Origin: an uncultured Clostridia bacterium
Lineage (GTDB): Bacteria > Bacillota > Clostridia > TANB77 > CAG-508
Length of the DNA: 62,597 nt
Assembly (NCBI GenBank): GCA_963559365.1
Contig: CAUWKC010000005.1
Location: 1 to 62,597 of the forward strand
Direction of reading: 5' to 3'
Shown piece after piece: positions 47,908-59,516 of this stretch. The position numbers and the translations under genes are program-made. Each line of letters begins with the position of its first letter. Position 1 is the stretch's first letter. The notes beneath the pieces are model-generated. The model had not been told where the DNA came from. It ran no database searches and saw nothing but the letters and a program-made list of their open reading frames with translations.

Positions 47908-50409
47908 TTGCTTAATAAAAGAAAAAAACAAAAACATGTAACAAAAGAAGATGAAGATTATATTCCAAAGGCTTTTCGAAAAAACAAAAAAATAGAAGAA
48001 AATAGTCATAGAAAAAAAAGAGGAAAAAAGAAAAAAGAAAGAAAGAAACTAAAGAAAATAATAATCATAACTATTTTGGTTTTTATTTTAGTAATGGGAA
48101 TTATTTTAGGGATTTCAGCTAATCGTTGGAAAACTTTAGCTAAAGAAATGATAGTTAATGAAAATTCTACTGTTATTGATATAGATGGAAAAGAAATTGC
48201 TCGTTTGGGTTGTGAAAGAAAAAATAAAGAAATATCTTTAGAAAATATGCCTGCTAATTTGAAAAATGCATATGTAGCAATAGAGGATGAGCGTTTTTAT
48301 TCTCATGGGGGAATTGATATTAAAAGGACAGGTGGAGCTATTGCTTCTTATATATTTCATTTTGGTAAATCTTCATATGGAGGAAGTACGATTACACAAC
48401 AATTAGTAAAAAATTTAACAGGAGATTCAACTGATAGTATTGTAAGAAAAGTAAAAGAATGGTGGAAGGCATGTTTATTAGAAACTTGTTTGTCAAAAGA
48501 TGAAATATTAGAGGCATACTTAAATATTATATATGTTGGTCCTAATATGTATGGTGTTGAAACAGCTAGCCAATATTATTTTAATAAATCTTCAAGGGAT
48601 TTGACTTTAGAAGAATGTGCTTTTTTGGCAGGTATTAATAATTCTCCTAATTCTTATAATCCATTTGTAGAAGAGGATAATACAGAGAAAATAAATAAAA
48701 GAACAAAAACAGTATTAGCTAAAATGTTAGAATTAAAATATATAAATGATGAAAATTATCAAGAAGCTATTAATAAAGTAGATACTGGTTTGAAATTTAA
48801 AAAAGGACAAATTAATGCTGAAGATGCCGTATATTCTTATCATACAGATGCACTTATTTTAGAAATTACAGAAGATATTGCTAAGAAATATAATATATCT
48901 AAAACATTTGCTACAAATTATATTAATATGGCAGGATTAACTATACATAGTACACAAGATTCTGATGTGCAAAAAACTACAGAAACAGAATTTGAAAAAA
49001 CAAAATACAAAAGAGTTTCAAAGACAGGTGGAGATTCTTCACAAGCTGCAATGGTAATTATTGATCATAAAACAGGAAATGTTGTTGCTTGTACAGGAGG
49101 GCTTGGTAAAAAGACAAAGGCAAGATCATTAAATAGAGCAACTCAAAGTATTCGTCAAACAGGTTCATCTATTAAACCATTATCAGTATTAATGCCTGCA
49201 TTAGATAAAAAAATCATTACAGCAGCATCTATTTATGATGACACAGAAAGAGATTTTGCTAATGGTTATCATCCAACTGATTATAATCCATCTTTAGGAA
49301 AAATTACTGTAAGAAGAGCTGTTGAATCTTCACAAAATATTCCTTTTGTAGAAATAATGGAAGATGTAAAGCCGAAAACAGCTATTAAATATTTGAAAAA
49401 AATGGGAATTTCTACATTAACGGAGGAAGATGAAACTTTAGTTTTATCATTAGGAGGGTTACAAAAAGGTATTAGTCCACTAGAAATGGCAGGTGCTTAT
49501 GCTACAATTGCAAATGATGGTAAATATATAGAACCTACTTTCTATACTATTATTGATAATAAATCTGGAAAAAATATTGTTAAAACTTCTCAACGAAAGA
49601 AAAAAGTAATTTCAAAAGAAGTAGCATATATTTTAAAAGAAATTTTAACACAACCAGTAACAGGAACATATGGAACAGCAACTTATTGTAAGATAAATGG
49701 TGTAGATGTTGCTGCTAAAACAGGAACGACAGATGAAAATTATGACCGTTGGTTATGTGGTTTTACACCATATTATACTGGTGTTACTTGGTATGGTTTT
49801 GATATTAATGAATCTATAGAATTTAATAAACGAAATCCAGCAGGTTTGTTATGGGCAAATGTTATGTCTAGAATTCATACTGGTTTGAAAAGTGCCAAAT
49901 TTGAAAAACCAAATACAGTAATTAGTTGTAAAATATGTGCTGAAACTGGAAAAAAAGCAACAACAAAATGTCAAAATACTTATACAGAATATTTCTTATG
50001 GCTTACTGCACCAGATTTATGTACTAAACATCCTGGTTCAGAATTAAAAGAAAATTCAGGTGATAATAAAACACAAAATAAAGTAGAGGAAATTGTTCAA
50101 GGTATTACTCAAGATATTGATGCTGTTGATCCACAACAAGTATTACCAAATAATAATAAAAATCAAGAAAAACAAAATCAAATCCAAAATAATAATACAC
50201 ATATTAATAATATTACTAATACTACTAATACAGTAAATGCAAATAAAAATAATACAAATATTACAATAAATAATACAAATACCATTAATACTCAAACAAA
50301 TAATTTAAATACAAATACTACTGTTAATGAAAATACTACAAATAAGACGAATAGTTCTAAAAACAATACAACACAAAATAATAAAAATACAGTAAATACA
50401 AATCCTTAA
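47908..50409 (+). CDS. Class A penicillin-binding protein (PBP1A family) with Asn-rich tail
   Basis: EDERFYSHGGID, GSTITQQLVKN, RQTGSSIKP, SQN, KTGTT. Confidence 0.93.
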   Translation: MLNKRKKQKHVTKEDEDYIPKAFRKNKKIEENSHRKKRGKKKKERKKLKKIIIITILVFILVMGIILGISANRWKTLAKEMIVNENSTVIDIDGKEIARLGCERKNKEISLENMPANLKNAYVAIEDERFYSHGGIDIKRTGGAIASYIFHFGKSSYGGSTITQQLVKNLTGDSTDSIVRKVKEWWKACLLETCLSKDEILEAYLNIIYVGPNMYGVETASQYYFNKSSRDLTLEECAFLAGINNSPNSYNPFVEEDNTEKINKRTKTVLAKMLELKYINDENYQEAINKVDTGLKFKKGQINAEDAVYSYHTDALILEITEDIAKKYNISKTFATNYINMAGLTIHSTQDSDVQKTTETEFEKTKYKRVSKTGGDSSQAAMVIIDHKTGNVVACTGGLGKKTKARSLNRATQSIRQTGSSIKPLSVLMPALDKKIITAASIYDDTERDFANGYHPTDYNPSLGKITVRRAVESSQNIPFVEIMEDVKPKTAIKYLKKMGISTLTEEDETLVLSLGGLQKGISPLEMAGAYATIANDGKYIEPTFYTIIDNKSGKNIVKTSQRKKKVISKEVAYILKEILTQPVTGTYGTATYCKINGVDVAAKTGTTDENYDRWLCGFTPYYTGVTWYGFDINESIEFNKRNPAGLLWANVMSRIHTGLKSAKFEKPNTVISCKICAETGKKATTKCQNTYTEYFLWLTAPDLCTKHPGSELKENSGDNKTQNKVEEIVQGITQDIDAVDPQQVLPNNNKNQEKQNQIQNNNTHINNITNTTNTVNANKNNTNITINNTNTINTQTNNLNTNTTVNENTTNKTNSSKNNTTQNNKNTVNTNP

Positions 50410-50432
50410 AATATAGAGGAGGTGAAGTAAGT

Positions 50433-51104
50433 ATGAAAAAAATATTAATAGTAGAAGATGAAGAAAAAATAAGAAAAGAATTAGAAATATTTTTAAATAA
50501 AAATGGATTTAAAGCAAAGGGATTAGAGAAATTTGATAATACTGTGGAAGATATATTAAGAGAAAATGCAGATTTAATATTATTAGATATAAATTTACCA
50601 TATATTGATGGACTATATATATGTAAAGAACTAAGGAAAACATCAAATGTTCCTATAATAATGTTGACAAGTAGAGATACAGAAATAGATGAATTAATTA
50701 GTTTAAATTATGGAGCAGATCAATATGTAACAAAACCATATAATATTCAGATATTGCTTGCGAAAATAATAGGTTTATTAAAGAGAAGTCAAAATGCAGG
50801 TTCAAATCAAGATAAATTAAACTGTGAAAACTTCATATTAAATGTATCTCAAAGTGCAATAGAAAAAGAAGATAAGAAAATAGAATTAACCAAAAATGAA
50901 TTTAGAATATTGTATTATTTAGTTATAAACAAAAATAAAATTGTATCAAGAGAAGATATAATAAACTATTTATGGGAAAGTGAAAGTTTTATAGATGATA
51001 ATACTTTAACTGTAAATATGAAGAGATTAAGAGATAAATTAGAAGAATTAGATTTGCAAGATATAATTGAAACAAAAAGAGGACAGGGGTATATATTAAG
51101 ATGA
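50433..51104 (+). CDS. OmpR-family response regulator (BceR/GraR-like)
   Basis: ILIVEDE, LLDINLP, KPY, winged helix ETKRGQGY. Confidence 0.92.
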   Translation: MKKILIVEDEEKIRKELEIFLNKNGFKAKGLEKFDNTVEDILRENADLILLDINLPYIDGLYICKELRKTSNVPIIMLTSRDTEIDELISLNYGADQYVTKPYNIQILLAKIIGLLKRSQNAGSNQDKLNCENFILNVSQSAIEKEDKKIELTKNEFRILYYLVINKNKIVSREDIINYLWESESFIDDNTLTVNMKRLRDKLEELDLQDIIETKRGQGYILR

Positions 51105-52114
51105 ATTTTAAAAAATTTGTAAAAGATAAATTATTATTAATTATTTTATTATTACTTTCGATAGTAATGGTAGAAATACTTTTATTAGTATATAAAATAG
51201 AGACTAAAATGAGAGTTATTATTGCTATTATACCTATTTTATTAATAAGTGTATCATTTATAGTAGAATATAATAAGAAAAAAAGTTTTTATAATAAGCT
51301 AAAACAGAAGATGTTAGAATTGAATGAAAAATATTTAATTCCAGAACTTATAATTGAACCAAATTTTTTAGAAGGAAAAATACTAAAAGAAATTTTAGAA
51401 GAAACAGGAAAGTCAATGCTAGAAAATGTAAATAAATATAAATATTTACAGGAAGATTATAAAGAATACATTGAATTATGGATTCATGAAATAAAATTAC
51501 CAATAGCGGCAAGCAAGATGTTAATAGAAAATAATAAGACAGAAATAACAAAAAGTATTGAAGAAGAATTGGATAAAATAGAGAATTATATTGAACAAGC
51601 TTTATTTTATGCTAGGAGTAATACAGTAGAGAAAGATTATACAATAACTAAATCAAACTTAGAGAAAATGGTAAATAATGCAATACTAAAAAATAAAAAT
51701 ATTTTGATTTCAAGCAAAATTAATTTAGATTTGCATGATTTAGGAAAAGAGGTTTATACAGATAGTAAATGGGCTGTATTTATTCTGAATCAGATACTTC
51801 AAAATTCTATTAAGTATTTAAAAGATGAAAATAAAAAAATAGAAATATATGCAACAGAACAAAAAGAAAATGTTATTTTATATATAAAAGATAATGGTAT
51901 AGGGATAAAAAAGGGAGAAATTACAAGAGTTTTTGAAAAAGGTTTTACAGGAGAAAATGGAAGAATAACAGAGAAAAAATCAACAGGAATTGGATTATAT
52001 TTATGTAAAAAATTATGTGATAAATTAGGTTTGGGATTAGAATTAAATTCAGAAAAAGATATAGGTACTGAAGTAAGAATAGTGTTTCCAAAAGGAAGTT
52101 ATATAAATATTTAA
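51101..52114 (+). CDS. Intramembrane-sensing histidine kinase (BceS/GraS-like)
   Basis: Two adjacent TMs, WIHEIKLP, QILQNSIKY, DNGIGI, KSTGIGLY. Confidence 0.92.
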   Translation: MNFKKFVKDKLLLIILLLLSIVMVEILLLVYKIETKMRVIIAIIPILLISVSFIVEYNKKKSFYNKLKQKMLELNEKYLIPELIIEPNFLEGKILKEILEETGKSMLENVNKYKYLQEDYKEYIELWIHEIKLPIAASKMLIENNKTEITKSIEEELDKIENYIEQALFYARSNTVEKDYTITKSNLEKMVNNAILKNKNILISSKINLDLHDLGKEVYTDSKWAVFILNQILQNSIKYLKDENKKIEIYATEQKENVILYIKDNGIGIKKGEITRVFEKGFTGENGRITEKKSTGIGLYLCKKLCDKLGLGLELNSEKDIGTEVRIVFPKGSYINI

Positions 52115-52158
52115 ACTGGCATATATTGTCAGTTTTTTATCTTAGAAAAATAATAAAG

Positions 52159-52172
52159 TGACAAAAATGTAA
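52159..52172 (+). promoter_or_regulatory. Bce-type response regulator box
   Basis: TGACA-AAAA-TGTAA fits the TNACA-N4-TGTAA consensus; a half-site AAATGTAAG follows. Confidence 0.7.
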
Positions 52173-52249
52173 TAGAAATGTAAGATAAATCGATGGAAGC
52201 TAATGTTAAATGAGGATATAATAAAATCATAAAGAAAGGAGTTTTTAAA

Positions 52250-53017
52250 ATGAATAATGTATTAGAAGTAAAAAATATTGAAAAATACTATGGAAACAAA
52301 AGTAATCTTACAAAAGCGATAGATAATATTAGCTTTAAAGTAGAAAAAGGAGAATTTGTAGGAATAATGGGGGCAAGTGGATCTGGAAAAACTACACTTT
52401 TAAATTGTATTTCTACAATAGACAGAGTTACAGCAGGACAAATTATTATTAATAATCAAGATATAACAAAATTGAAAGGAAACAAACTAAATAAATTTAG
52501 AAGAGAAGAGTTAGGTTTTATATTTCAAGACTTTAATTTATTAGATACTTTAACAGCATATGAAAATATTGCATTAGCTCTTACAATTCAAAAAGTAAAA
52601 CCAAAAGATATTGATGAAAAGGTTAAAAATGTAGCAGAAAAATTAGGAATTCAAGATATTTTAAATAAATATCCATATCAAGTATCAGGTGGACAAAAAC
52701 AAAGAATTGCATCAGCTAGAGCGATTATAACTAATCCTAAAATGATTTTAGCTGATGAACCAACAGGGGCATTAGATAGTAAATCAGCAAGACAATTGCT
52801 AGAAAGTTTTGAACATTTAAATAAAAATTTAGGGGCAACGATTTTAATGGTTACACATGATGCTTTCACAGCTAGTTATGCTAATAGAATTATTTTTATA
52901 AAAGATGGAAAAATTTTTAATGAACTTGTAAAAGGTAATGATTCGAGAAAACAATTTTTTGAAAAAATAATAGAGGTACAAACACTTCTTGGAGGTGATT
53001 TGAACGATGTTATTTAA
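52250..53017 (+). CDS. ABC transporter ATPase (BceA-like)
   Basis: GASGSGKTT, VSGGQKQR, ADEPTGALD. Confidence 0.93.
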   Translation: MNNVLEVKNIEKYYGNKSNLTKAIDNISFKVEKGEFVGIMGASGSGKTTLLNCISTIDRVTAGQIIINNQDITKLKGNKLNKFRREELGFIFQDFNLLDTLTAYENIALALTIQKVKPKDIDEKVKNVAEKLGIQDILNKYPYQVSGGQKQRIASARAIITNPKMILADEPTGALDSKSARQLLESFEHLNKNLGATILMVTHDAFTASYANRIIFIKDGKIFNELVKGNDSRKQFFEKIIEVQTLLGGDLNDVI

Positions 53018-55103
53018 GTTATCTGTAAAAAATATGAAAAAGAGTTTTAAAGATTATGCAATATATTTTTTAACATTAGTATTAGGTGTAGCGATATTTT
53101 ATATGTTTAATTCTTTAGATAGTCAACAAGCTATGCTTGATGTATCTAATTCAACAAGAGAAATAATAAAATTAATGATTACAATGTTAAGCTATATTTC
53201 TGTATTTGTTGCAGTAGTTTTAGGATTATTAATAGTATATGCTAATAATTTCTTGATTAATAGAAGAAAAAGAGAATTTGGTATATATATGACACTTGGA
53301 ATGGGGAAGAGACAAATTTCCAAAATAATATTATTTGAAACAATATTAGTAGGTATATTATCATTAATAGCAGGACTTATAATAGGAGTATTTGCTTCAC
53401 AATTTATGTCAATATTAGTTGCAAAAATGTTTGAAGCGGATATGAGTAAATTTGAGTTTATATTTTCAAAAGATGCATGTATTAAAACTTGTATTTATTT
53501 TGCTGTGATGTATATCGCAGTTATGATATTTAATACTATTTCAATTTCAAGATATAAATTAATAAATTTATTAACAGCAACAAAGAAAAATGAAAGAATA
53601 AAAATTAAAAATCCTATTATTTCAATATTAGTATTTTTATTTGGAGTAGGACTATTAAGCTATGCTTATTGGAAAGTAACAGGAGATGTAAATTCATTAA
53701 ATACAGCAGAAAAAATATTACCACCAATTTTAATGGGAATAGTAGGGACAGTTACAATATTTTGGTCATTATCAGGATTTGTGTTAAGAGTAGTTCAAGC
53801 AAGAAAGAATACATATTTAAAAGGAACCAATATGTTTGTACTAAGACAATTAAATAACAAAATTAATACAACAGTAATTAGTATGAGTGTTATTTGCTTA
53901 ATGTTGTTTATGACTATTAGTATATTATCTGTTAGTTTATCTTTAAGAGCTACAATGCAAAAAGAATTAATTGAAATGACACCAGTAGATGTGAACTTAT
54001 ATAAAACAGCAAATTTACCAGAAAAATATTTACAATATGGAACTTATGGAAAAGAAATCTATTCAACATCTGAAGCAAGAGAAGATTCAAAAATACCAAT
54101 TTCAGAAACCCTTAAAAATAATGGTTTAGATATGAATGTATTAAAAGATGTTGTAGAAATCCCAATATATGCAACAAATGATTTGACTTGGGAAAAATTT
54201 CTTAAAAACAAACTTGATGAAATAATGGTACAATATCCTAATTTGAAGTACAATACAGCAGAACAAATAGTGAAAATATCAGATTATAATAAAGTTGCTT
54301 CAATATATGGACTGGAGCAATATCAATTAAATGATGATGAATACATAATGCTTTGTGATTTTGATTCTATGAAAGAATTAAGAAATAGAGTATTGTCAGA
54401 TGGTGAAAATGATTTAATAATAGCAGAAAAAAAATATAAATCAAAATATAATGAATGCAAAAGTGGATTTATAAAAATGTCAACAAATCATACAAATACA
54501 GGAATTATTTTAGTACCAGATAATTGTAATTTAACAGAAGATATTAAAGAAGAATATTTATTAGTAGCAAATTATAATGCAGTAACAGAAGAAGAAAAAC
54601 AAAAAATAGAAACGATGTTTGTAAGTGAAGAATCTGGATTTGTTCAAAATTTAGCAGATAAAGGACTTAAAATAGATGGAATGACAAAAATATCATTGAT
54701 AGGAGCGAGTGTAGGAATAGCAACAATAGTAACTTTTATAGCTATTTATTTGGGAATTATATTTTTGATAGCTAGTAGTGCGATTTTAGCATTAAAACAA
54801 TTAACAGAAAGTTCAGATAATAAACAAAGATATACAATACTAAGAAAAATAGGTTGTGATGAAAAAATGATAAACAAAGCATTATTTAACCAAATAGGAA
54901 TATTCTTTGGCTTACCATTAATACTTGCTATAATACATTCTATTTTTGGTATACAATTTGCAATGATATTGATGGAAGGATTAGCGAAATCAGAAGATTT
55001 GTTACCATCTGTAATAGCAACAGTTATTATTATCGGTGGAATATATGGAGCATATTTCCTTGCTACATATTTTGGAAGTAAAAATATTATTAAAGAAGAA
55101 TAA
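53007..55103 (+). CDS. ABC transporter permease (BceB-like, FtsX family)
   Basis: About ten TMs with a large extracellular loop; RKREFGIYMTLG; YTILRKIG. Confidence 0.9.
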   Translation: MLFKLSVKNMKKSFKDYAIYFLTLVLGVAIFYMFNSLDSQQAMLDVSNSTREIIKLMITMLSYISVFVAVVLGLLIVYANNFLINRRKREFGIYMTLGMGKRQISKIILFETILVGILSLIAGLIIGVFASQFMSILVAKMFEADMSKFEFIFSKDACIKTCIYFAVMYIAVMIFNTISISRYKLINLLTATKKNERIKIKNPIISILVFLFGVGLLSYAYWKVTGDVNSLNTAEKILPPILMGIVGTVTIFWSLSGFVLRVVQARKNTYLKGTNMFVLRQLNNKINTTVISMSVICLMLFMTISILSVSLSLRATMQKELIEMTPVDVNLYKTANLPEKYLQYGTYGKEIYSTSEAREDSKIPISETLKNNGLDMNVLKDVVEIPIYATNDLTWEKFLKNKLDEIMVQYPNLKYNTAEQIVKISDYNKVASIYGLEQYQLNDDEYIMLCDFDSMKELRNRVLSDGENDLIIAEKKYKSKYNECKSGFIKMSTNHTNTGIILVPDNCNLTEDIKEEYLLVANYNAVTEEEKQKIETMFVSEESGFVQNLADKGLKIDGMTKISLIGASVGIATIVTFIAIYLGIIFLIASSAILALKQLTESSDNKQRYTILRKIGCDEKMINKALFNQIGIFFGLPLILAIIHSIFGIQFAMILMEGLAKSEDLLPSVIATVIIIGGIYGAYFLATYFGSKNIIKEE

Positions 55104-55218
55104 ATAAAAAGTAAAATATTTTGAGTTAGTATACTTGAAATATTTTATTTTTTTAAATAAAAAAGGTATTGACATATACTTTAGCATGTGCTAAAATGTA
55201 TCCGTAAGGAGGAATAGT

Positions 55219-55710
55219 ATGAATATAATAAATGATATTAGAGAAAAACAAAATCAACTTATAGTTATGATTAATACAACATTTGACGAACTTGTAAAAA
55301 AGGTTGAAGATTTACAGTCAGGAAATAATGAATACGAAAAAGAATATGAAAGTGTATATCCAATAACAAACACAACAGGATTTAAAGGAAAGAAGCCAAT
55401 TGCAGTTAAAATATCAAATAAACGTATAACAGCTCCTACGTGGAAGATAGTTGTTGAAAAAATATTAAAACAAGCATTAAAAGATAGAGAGATGGAAAAT
55501 AGATTAATGGCTTTGAGAGATAAAATATTAGGTAGAAAGAGAACAAGAGTGTCTTCTAGCAATGAGACTATGCGTAGTCCATTAAAATTAAATGAAAATT
55601 TATATATAGAAACACATTATGATACAGAAACATTAATGAACTTTTTAATACAGATTTTAAGTGAAATTCATTATGATTATAATAATATAGAAATAGTAAT
55701 AAAAAATTAA
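55219..55710 (+). CDS. Hypothetical protein, 163 aa
   Basis: GGAGG RBS; no confident family. Confidence 0.7.
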   Translation: MNIINDIREKQNQLIVMINTTFDELVKKVEDLQSGNNEYEKEYESVYPITNTTGFKGKKPIAVKISNKRITAPTWKIVVEKILKQALKDREMENRLMALRDKILGRKRTRVSSSNETMRSPLKLNENLYIETHYDTETLMNFLIQILSEIHYDYNNIEIVIKN

Positions 55711-55726
55711 TAAAGAAGGTGTAAAG

Positions 55727-55915
55727 ATGAAAAGAAAATTAAGAATGATAGAAGGAAAATGTCCACAAAATCATAAATGTCCAGCAGTAAAAGTATGTCC
55801 AGTAGGAGCATTATCGCAAGAAGGATTTTGTGCCCCAACAATAGATTATGATAAATGCATAGCTTGTGGTAAATGTTCAAATTTTTGTCCTAAAAAAGCA
55901 CTAATATTAGAATAA
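55727..55915 (+). CDS. Small 4Fe-4S ferredoxin-like protein
   Basis: CPQNHKCPAVKVCP and CIACGKCSNFCP. Confidence 0.85.
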   Translation: MKRKLRMIEGKCPQNHKCPAVKVCPVGALSQEGFCAPTIDYDKCIACGKCSNFCPKKALILE

Positions 55916-55933
55916 AATTATAAGGAGTTAGAA

Positions 55934-57194
55934 ATGAAAAATAAAAAAGTAATTATTATATGTTTAGTAATAGCTACTCTTGCGATTTTGTGTAGCATAT
56001 TTTTAGTGGCATATAAACAGGTAAATATATCTAATAAAAAAAGTATAATAGGAACCGAAATTATCGAGCCAGATAGAATAGTGTATAGAAATTCTAAAGG
56101 AGAATATTTTGAATTTCTAAAAGGTGAGGAGCTATATGAAGAAATAAAAAATTTATTACAAAACTCTATTACAACATATAAGGAAGATGGAACAAAATTG
56201 TCAGACAATGAAATAGAGTCAATACATAATAAAACTTGTATTGAACTAGATTATAAAGTAGCAAGTAAGAATTATATTATTCAACTAGAAAACAATGATA
56301 AACAAGCAGTTATTAAACTTGCAGACGAAGGAGGAAAAGTCTGCACAGAAAAAATTAGTAATGTTAGAAAAATAAAAAAATCATTAGAAAATTTAACACA
56401 AGATTTATCATCACATACTTTAGAATATAAAGCAATGCTATCAAGAAATGAATTAGATACAATAGAATATAAATATTTAGAATTATTTAAAGAAATAAAT
56501 TATAAAATTCATCAAGTAAAAATAGATAACTTTGAAGATTATGAAAAATTCAAAACAATTTGTAATCTAGCATTTGATGAAAGTATTACAGAAGATACAT
56601 TTAAAAATAATATAGGAATTCTTACCATATCTTTAGTACCTAAAATTGATGTAAAAGTAAATATTGGAAATATAAAATATACATATGATAAATTAGAAAA
56701 TGTAAATTATGGTTATAATGTACACTTATTAATAGTAGACAAAATTGTAAACACAGATTGTATTTATAATACAGATTTAACTGAAATAGCAAGCAAAATA
56801 GAATATGATAATATGAAAGTAAGCTATGATGATAAAGTAGATAATTTAGATAAAAATATATTTATGACAGATTTTAATAGTTTTTTAAATAAATATAGAA
56901 GCCTTAATAAAACTATCTCAAAGGATGAAGCTATTCGGCATAGCAGATAAAGGATTTGAAGAAGCTAAAAGAATTTGTGGTGCATATGATAAAAATACAC
57001 AAATAATTACCGAAGAAAAAGTAATACCAAATAATTTTTTCACTAGAAAAATTTCAGAAGGAGATAAGCAATATGCAGAAAAAATAGATGCATATGTTTT
57101 TACAAGAGTAGATGATATGAAATTAAATGGTGTAAAAGTGTATGTAGATAAAATAATTGGAATGATTATAGGAGGTGCAGCATTTGGAGATTAG
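55934..57194 (+). CDS. Membrane-anchored hypothetical protein, 419 aa if the C at 56936 is skipped
   Basis: N-terminal TM; ...ISKDEAI[c]GIADKGFEEAK... joins track ORFs 55934 and 56925. Confidence 0.6.
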
Positions 57195-58428
57195 AAACAC
57201 TATTGCATTTTCTATTTTAATACTTATAGGCATGGGCATATTTATACTTTATAAATATATTTATGCAATTTTTAAAATGTTTAAGAAGAAAAAATTTATA
57301 ATACCAATATTAATGATTTTACTTGTTATTTTTTTAACTGTTGGAATATTTTATATAAAAAATAATGTAAATTCTATTTTGAAAGATTCAATTATATCAT
57401 TGATATATATATTAGGTATAATTTTAATACCAATGATAATCTTAGGATTTTCTGTAATAAATCAAAGTAAGTATAAAAAAATACAAATAGTAGTTTCGTT
57501 ATTAATGCTAATCTACATATATGCTATTAATATGGAATTGTTAGTAATATCTGCAAAAATGATTATTACTAATTTATCAAATCATTCTATTTATGAATTA
57601 TTAGAAAAAGATTATGATAATAATATAAATTTAATGTATTTAGAAGACTATGCACAAAAATTTGCTAAAAATGGTTATTTAAATAAATATGATATTACTC
57701 AAATTTTAGATTTGACAGACAAGAAGTCTAAAGAGATGACAATATATTACAAAGATGAAACATCAGACATAAATATTGAAACAACTAATAAAAATGATGA
57801 AGAAATGGAGAAACTAAAAAATATATTAAAAGCAGAATATTATAAATATAATTATGAAAAAAATGGAGAAAAACAAATAAAAATTTATATAGAAAGATAT
57901 TTATTAGAACAAAAATTAAATCAAGAAATAAATGAAGATATTATACTAAAAGGAAATAAAAATACTGAAATAATTAAAAATATTAATAAATATGGTATAG
58001 ATGAAAATAGTAATAGCTTCTGTTTTATGAACAAAATACAAGTGGATTCTAATGATGTGCAAGAAATAGAAAAATTCAATTTGTTATTTATCTATGACAA
58101 AGATACACAAAATTATGTACCAGTAATAGAAAATATTCAAAATTGTGCATTTATAGAATCTTATAAAGTATGTAATAATGCTATTGAGATTATTTTAAAA
58201 AAGGGAGTTAAACTTAAAGATACAGAATATACACTTAGAATTAATCGCTATAATGATGAAATACAAGTCAAAGATAGAGAAATTATCAATAATGCTTATT
58301 ATTATGATTATGAACCAGTTGTTACTAAAATGGAAGGATATGAAAATAGAATTGTTTTGGAAATGAAATTTGATAGAAGTTATACGATAGAAGAACTTAA
58401 AAATATAGAAATTATATTTGGAAATTAA
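57184..58428 (+). CDS. Multi-TM hypothetical protein
   Basis: Four N-terminal TM helices; TTG start behind GGAGGT (the track uses GTG at 57175). Confidence 0.65.
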   Translation: MEIRNTIAFSILILIGMGIFILYKYIYAIFKMFKKKKFIIPILMILLVIFLTVGIFYIKNNVNSILKDSIISLIYILGIILIPMIILGFSVINQSKYKKIQIVVSLLMLIYIYAINMELLVISAKMIITNLSNHSIYELLEKDYDNNINLMYLEDYAQKFAKNGYLNKYDITQILDLTDKKSKEMTIYYKDETSDINIETTNKNDEEMEKLKNILKAEYYKYNYEKNGEKQIKIYIERYLLEQKLNQEINEDIILKGNKNTEIIKNINKYGIDENSNSFCFMNKIQVDSNDVQEIEKFNLLFIYDKDTQNYVPVIENIQNCAFIESYKVCNNAIEIILKKGVKLKDTEYTLRINRYNDEIQVKDREIINNAYYYDYEPVVTKMEGYENRIVLEMKFDRSYTIEELKNIEIIFGN

Positions 58429-58438
58429 GGAGAAATGC

Positions 58439-58864
58439 ATGATAAGAAAATTTAAAAAGAATGACATAAATGATGTAATGCAAATATGGAAAAATGAAAA
58501 TATAAAAGCTCATAAATTTATTTCAAAAGAATATTGGGAAAATAATTATAGCTATGTAAAAGAAATTTTACCAAATTCAGAAATATATGTATACGTTATA
58601 GAAGAAAATATAGTGGGATTTATAGGATTAGACCAGAATTATATTGAAGGAATTTTTATTGATACAAATAATCAATGCAATGGTATAGGAACATCATTAT
58701 TAAATAAAGTGAAAGAAAATAGGAATATATTAACTTTAAACGTATATAAAAAAAATATAAATGCTATTAAATTTTACAAGAAAAATGGTTTTATTATTAC
58801 GAGTGAAAGTATAGACAAAAATACAAATGAAATAGAATATACTATGACTTGGAATAGTAATTAG
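58439..58864 (+). CDS. GNAT acetyltransferase
   Basis: IVGFIGL...GIFI...GIGTSLL...NAIKFYKKNGF; AAGGAG RBS before 58439. Confidence 0.88.
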   Translation: MIRKFKKNDINDVMQIWKNENIKAHKFISKEYWENNYSYVKEILPNSEIYVYVIEENIVGFIGLDQNYIEGIFIDTNNQCNGIGTSLLNKVKENRNILTLNVYKKNINAIKFYKKNGFIITSESIDKNTNEIEYTMTWNSN

Positions 58865-58934
58865 TGCACTTTTTTAGATGTATAGACCAAAATTTGTTCT
58901 TATTATATAATAAATTCAATAGTTCAAAGTTCTT

Positions 58935-59462
58935 ATGGAAGAAAAGAATAATGAGATTATTTTATTTGAAAATCAAGGTGTAAAATTAGAAGTAAACTTA
59001 AAAGAAGAAACTGTATGGCTTACTCAAGCACAAAGGGGAATATTATTTGATGTTAAACAATCTACTTTAAGTGAGCATATTAACAATATTTTTAAAGAAG
59101 GAGAATTAGATGAAAAAACTTCTATCGGAATTTCCGATAAAAGTTCTGGAGGTAGAAAATCAAAAATATATAATTTAGATGTAATTATATCTGTTGGGTA
59201 CAGGGTTAAATCAAAGAATGGTGTGATTTTCAGAAAATGGGCAAATAAAATATTAAAAGATTATATGCTAAACGGAAATAAAAGAATTGCAGCAACCCTA
59301 TTTATTTACTTTTTGAATTTTTATGGTATTTTATATAAAGATGGAATACAAACAATAGATAATAATACATTAACAGCTTTAACATTATTAATAGCAGAAT
59401 CCAACCCAAAAGAAAAAGATATAATCATTGATTTAATTATGAATTTTTTAAATAATGATTAA
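58935..59462 (+). pseudogene. Internally deleted RhuM-Fic paralog
   Basis: Both ends resemble 60858-61812, but DYML is joined directly to NGNKRIAATLF and the RBS region is missing. Confidence 0.75.
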
Positions 59463-59516
59463 CTGATAGAGATAACATTTAAAGTTTAGTTAGTGATTTT
59501 GTGATATTATAACAAC

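Noticed and set aside
57175-57194. Frameshift joining the 55934-57194 protein to the next ORF
   Set aside because: There is no CGG or slippery site, and the next gene has its own GGAGGT RBS and start; this looks like ordinary translational overlap.
59268-59285. CTA-AAC-GGA junction as another C-insertion site
   Set aside because: The CGG is out of frame and the reading stays in frame into GNKR. It is better explained as a deletion junction.
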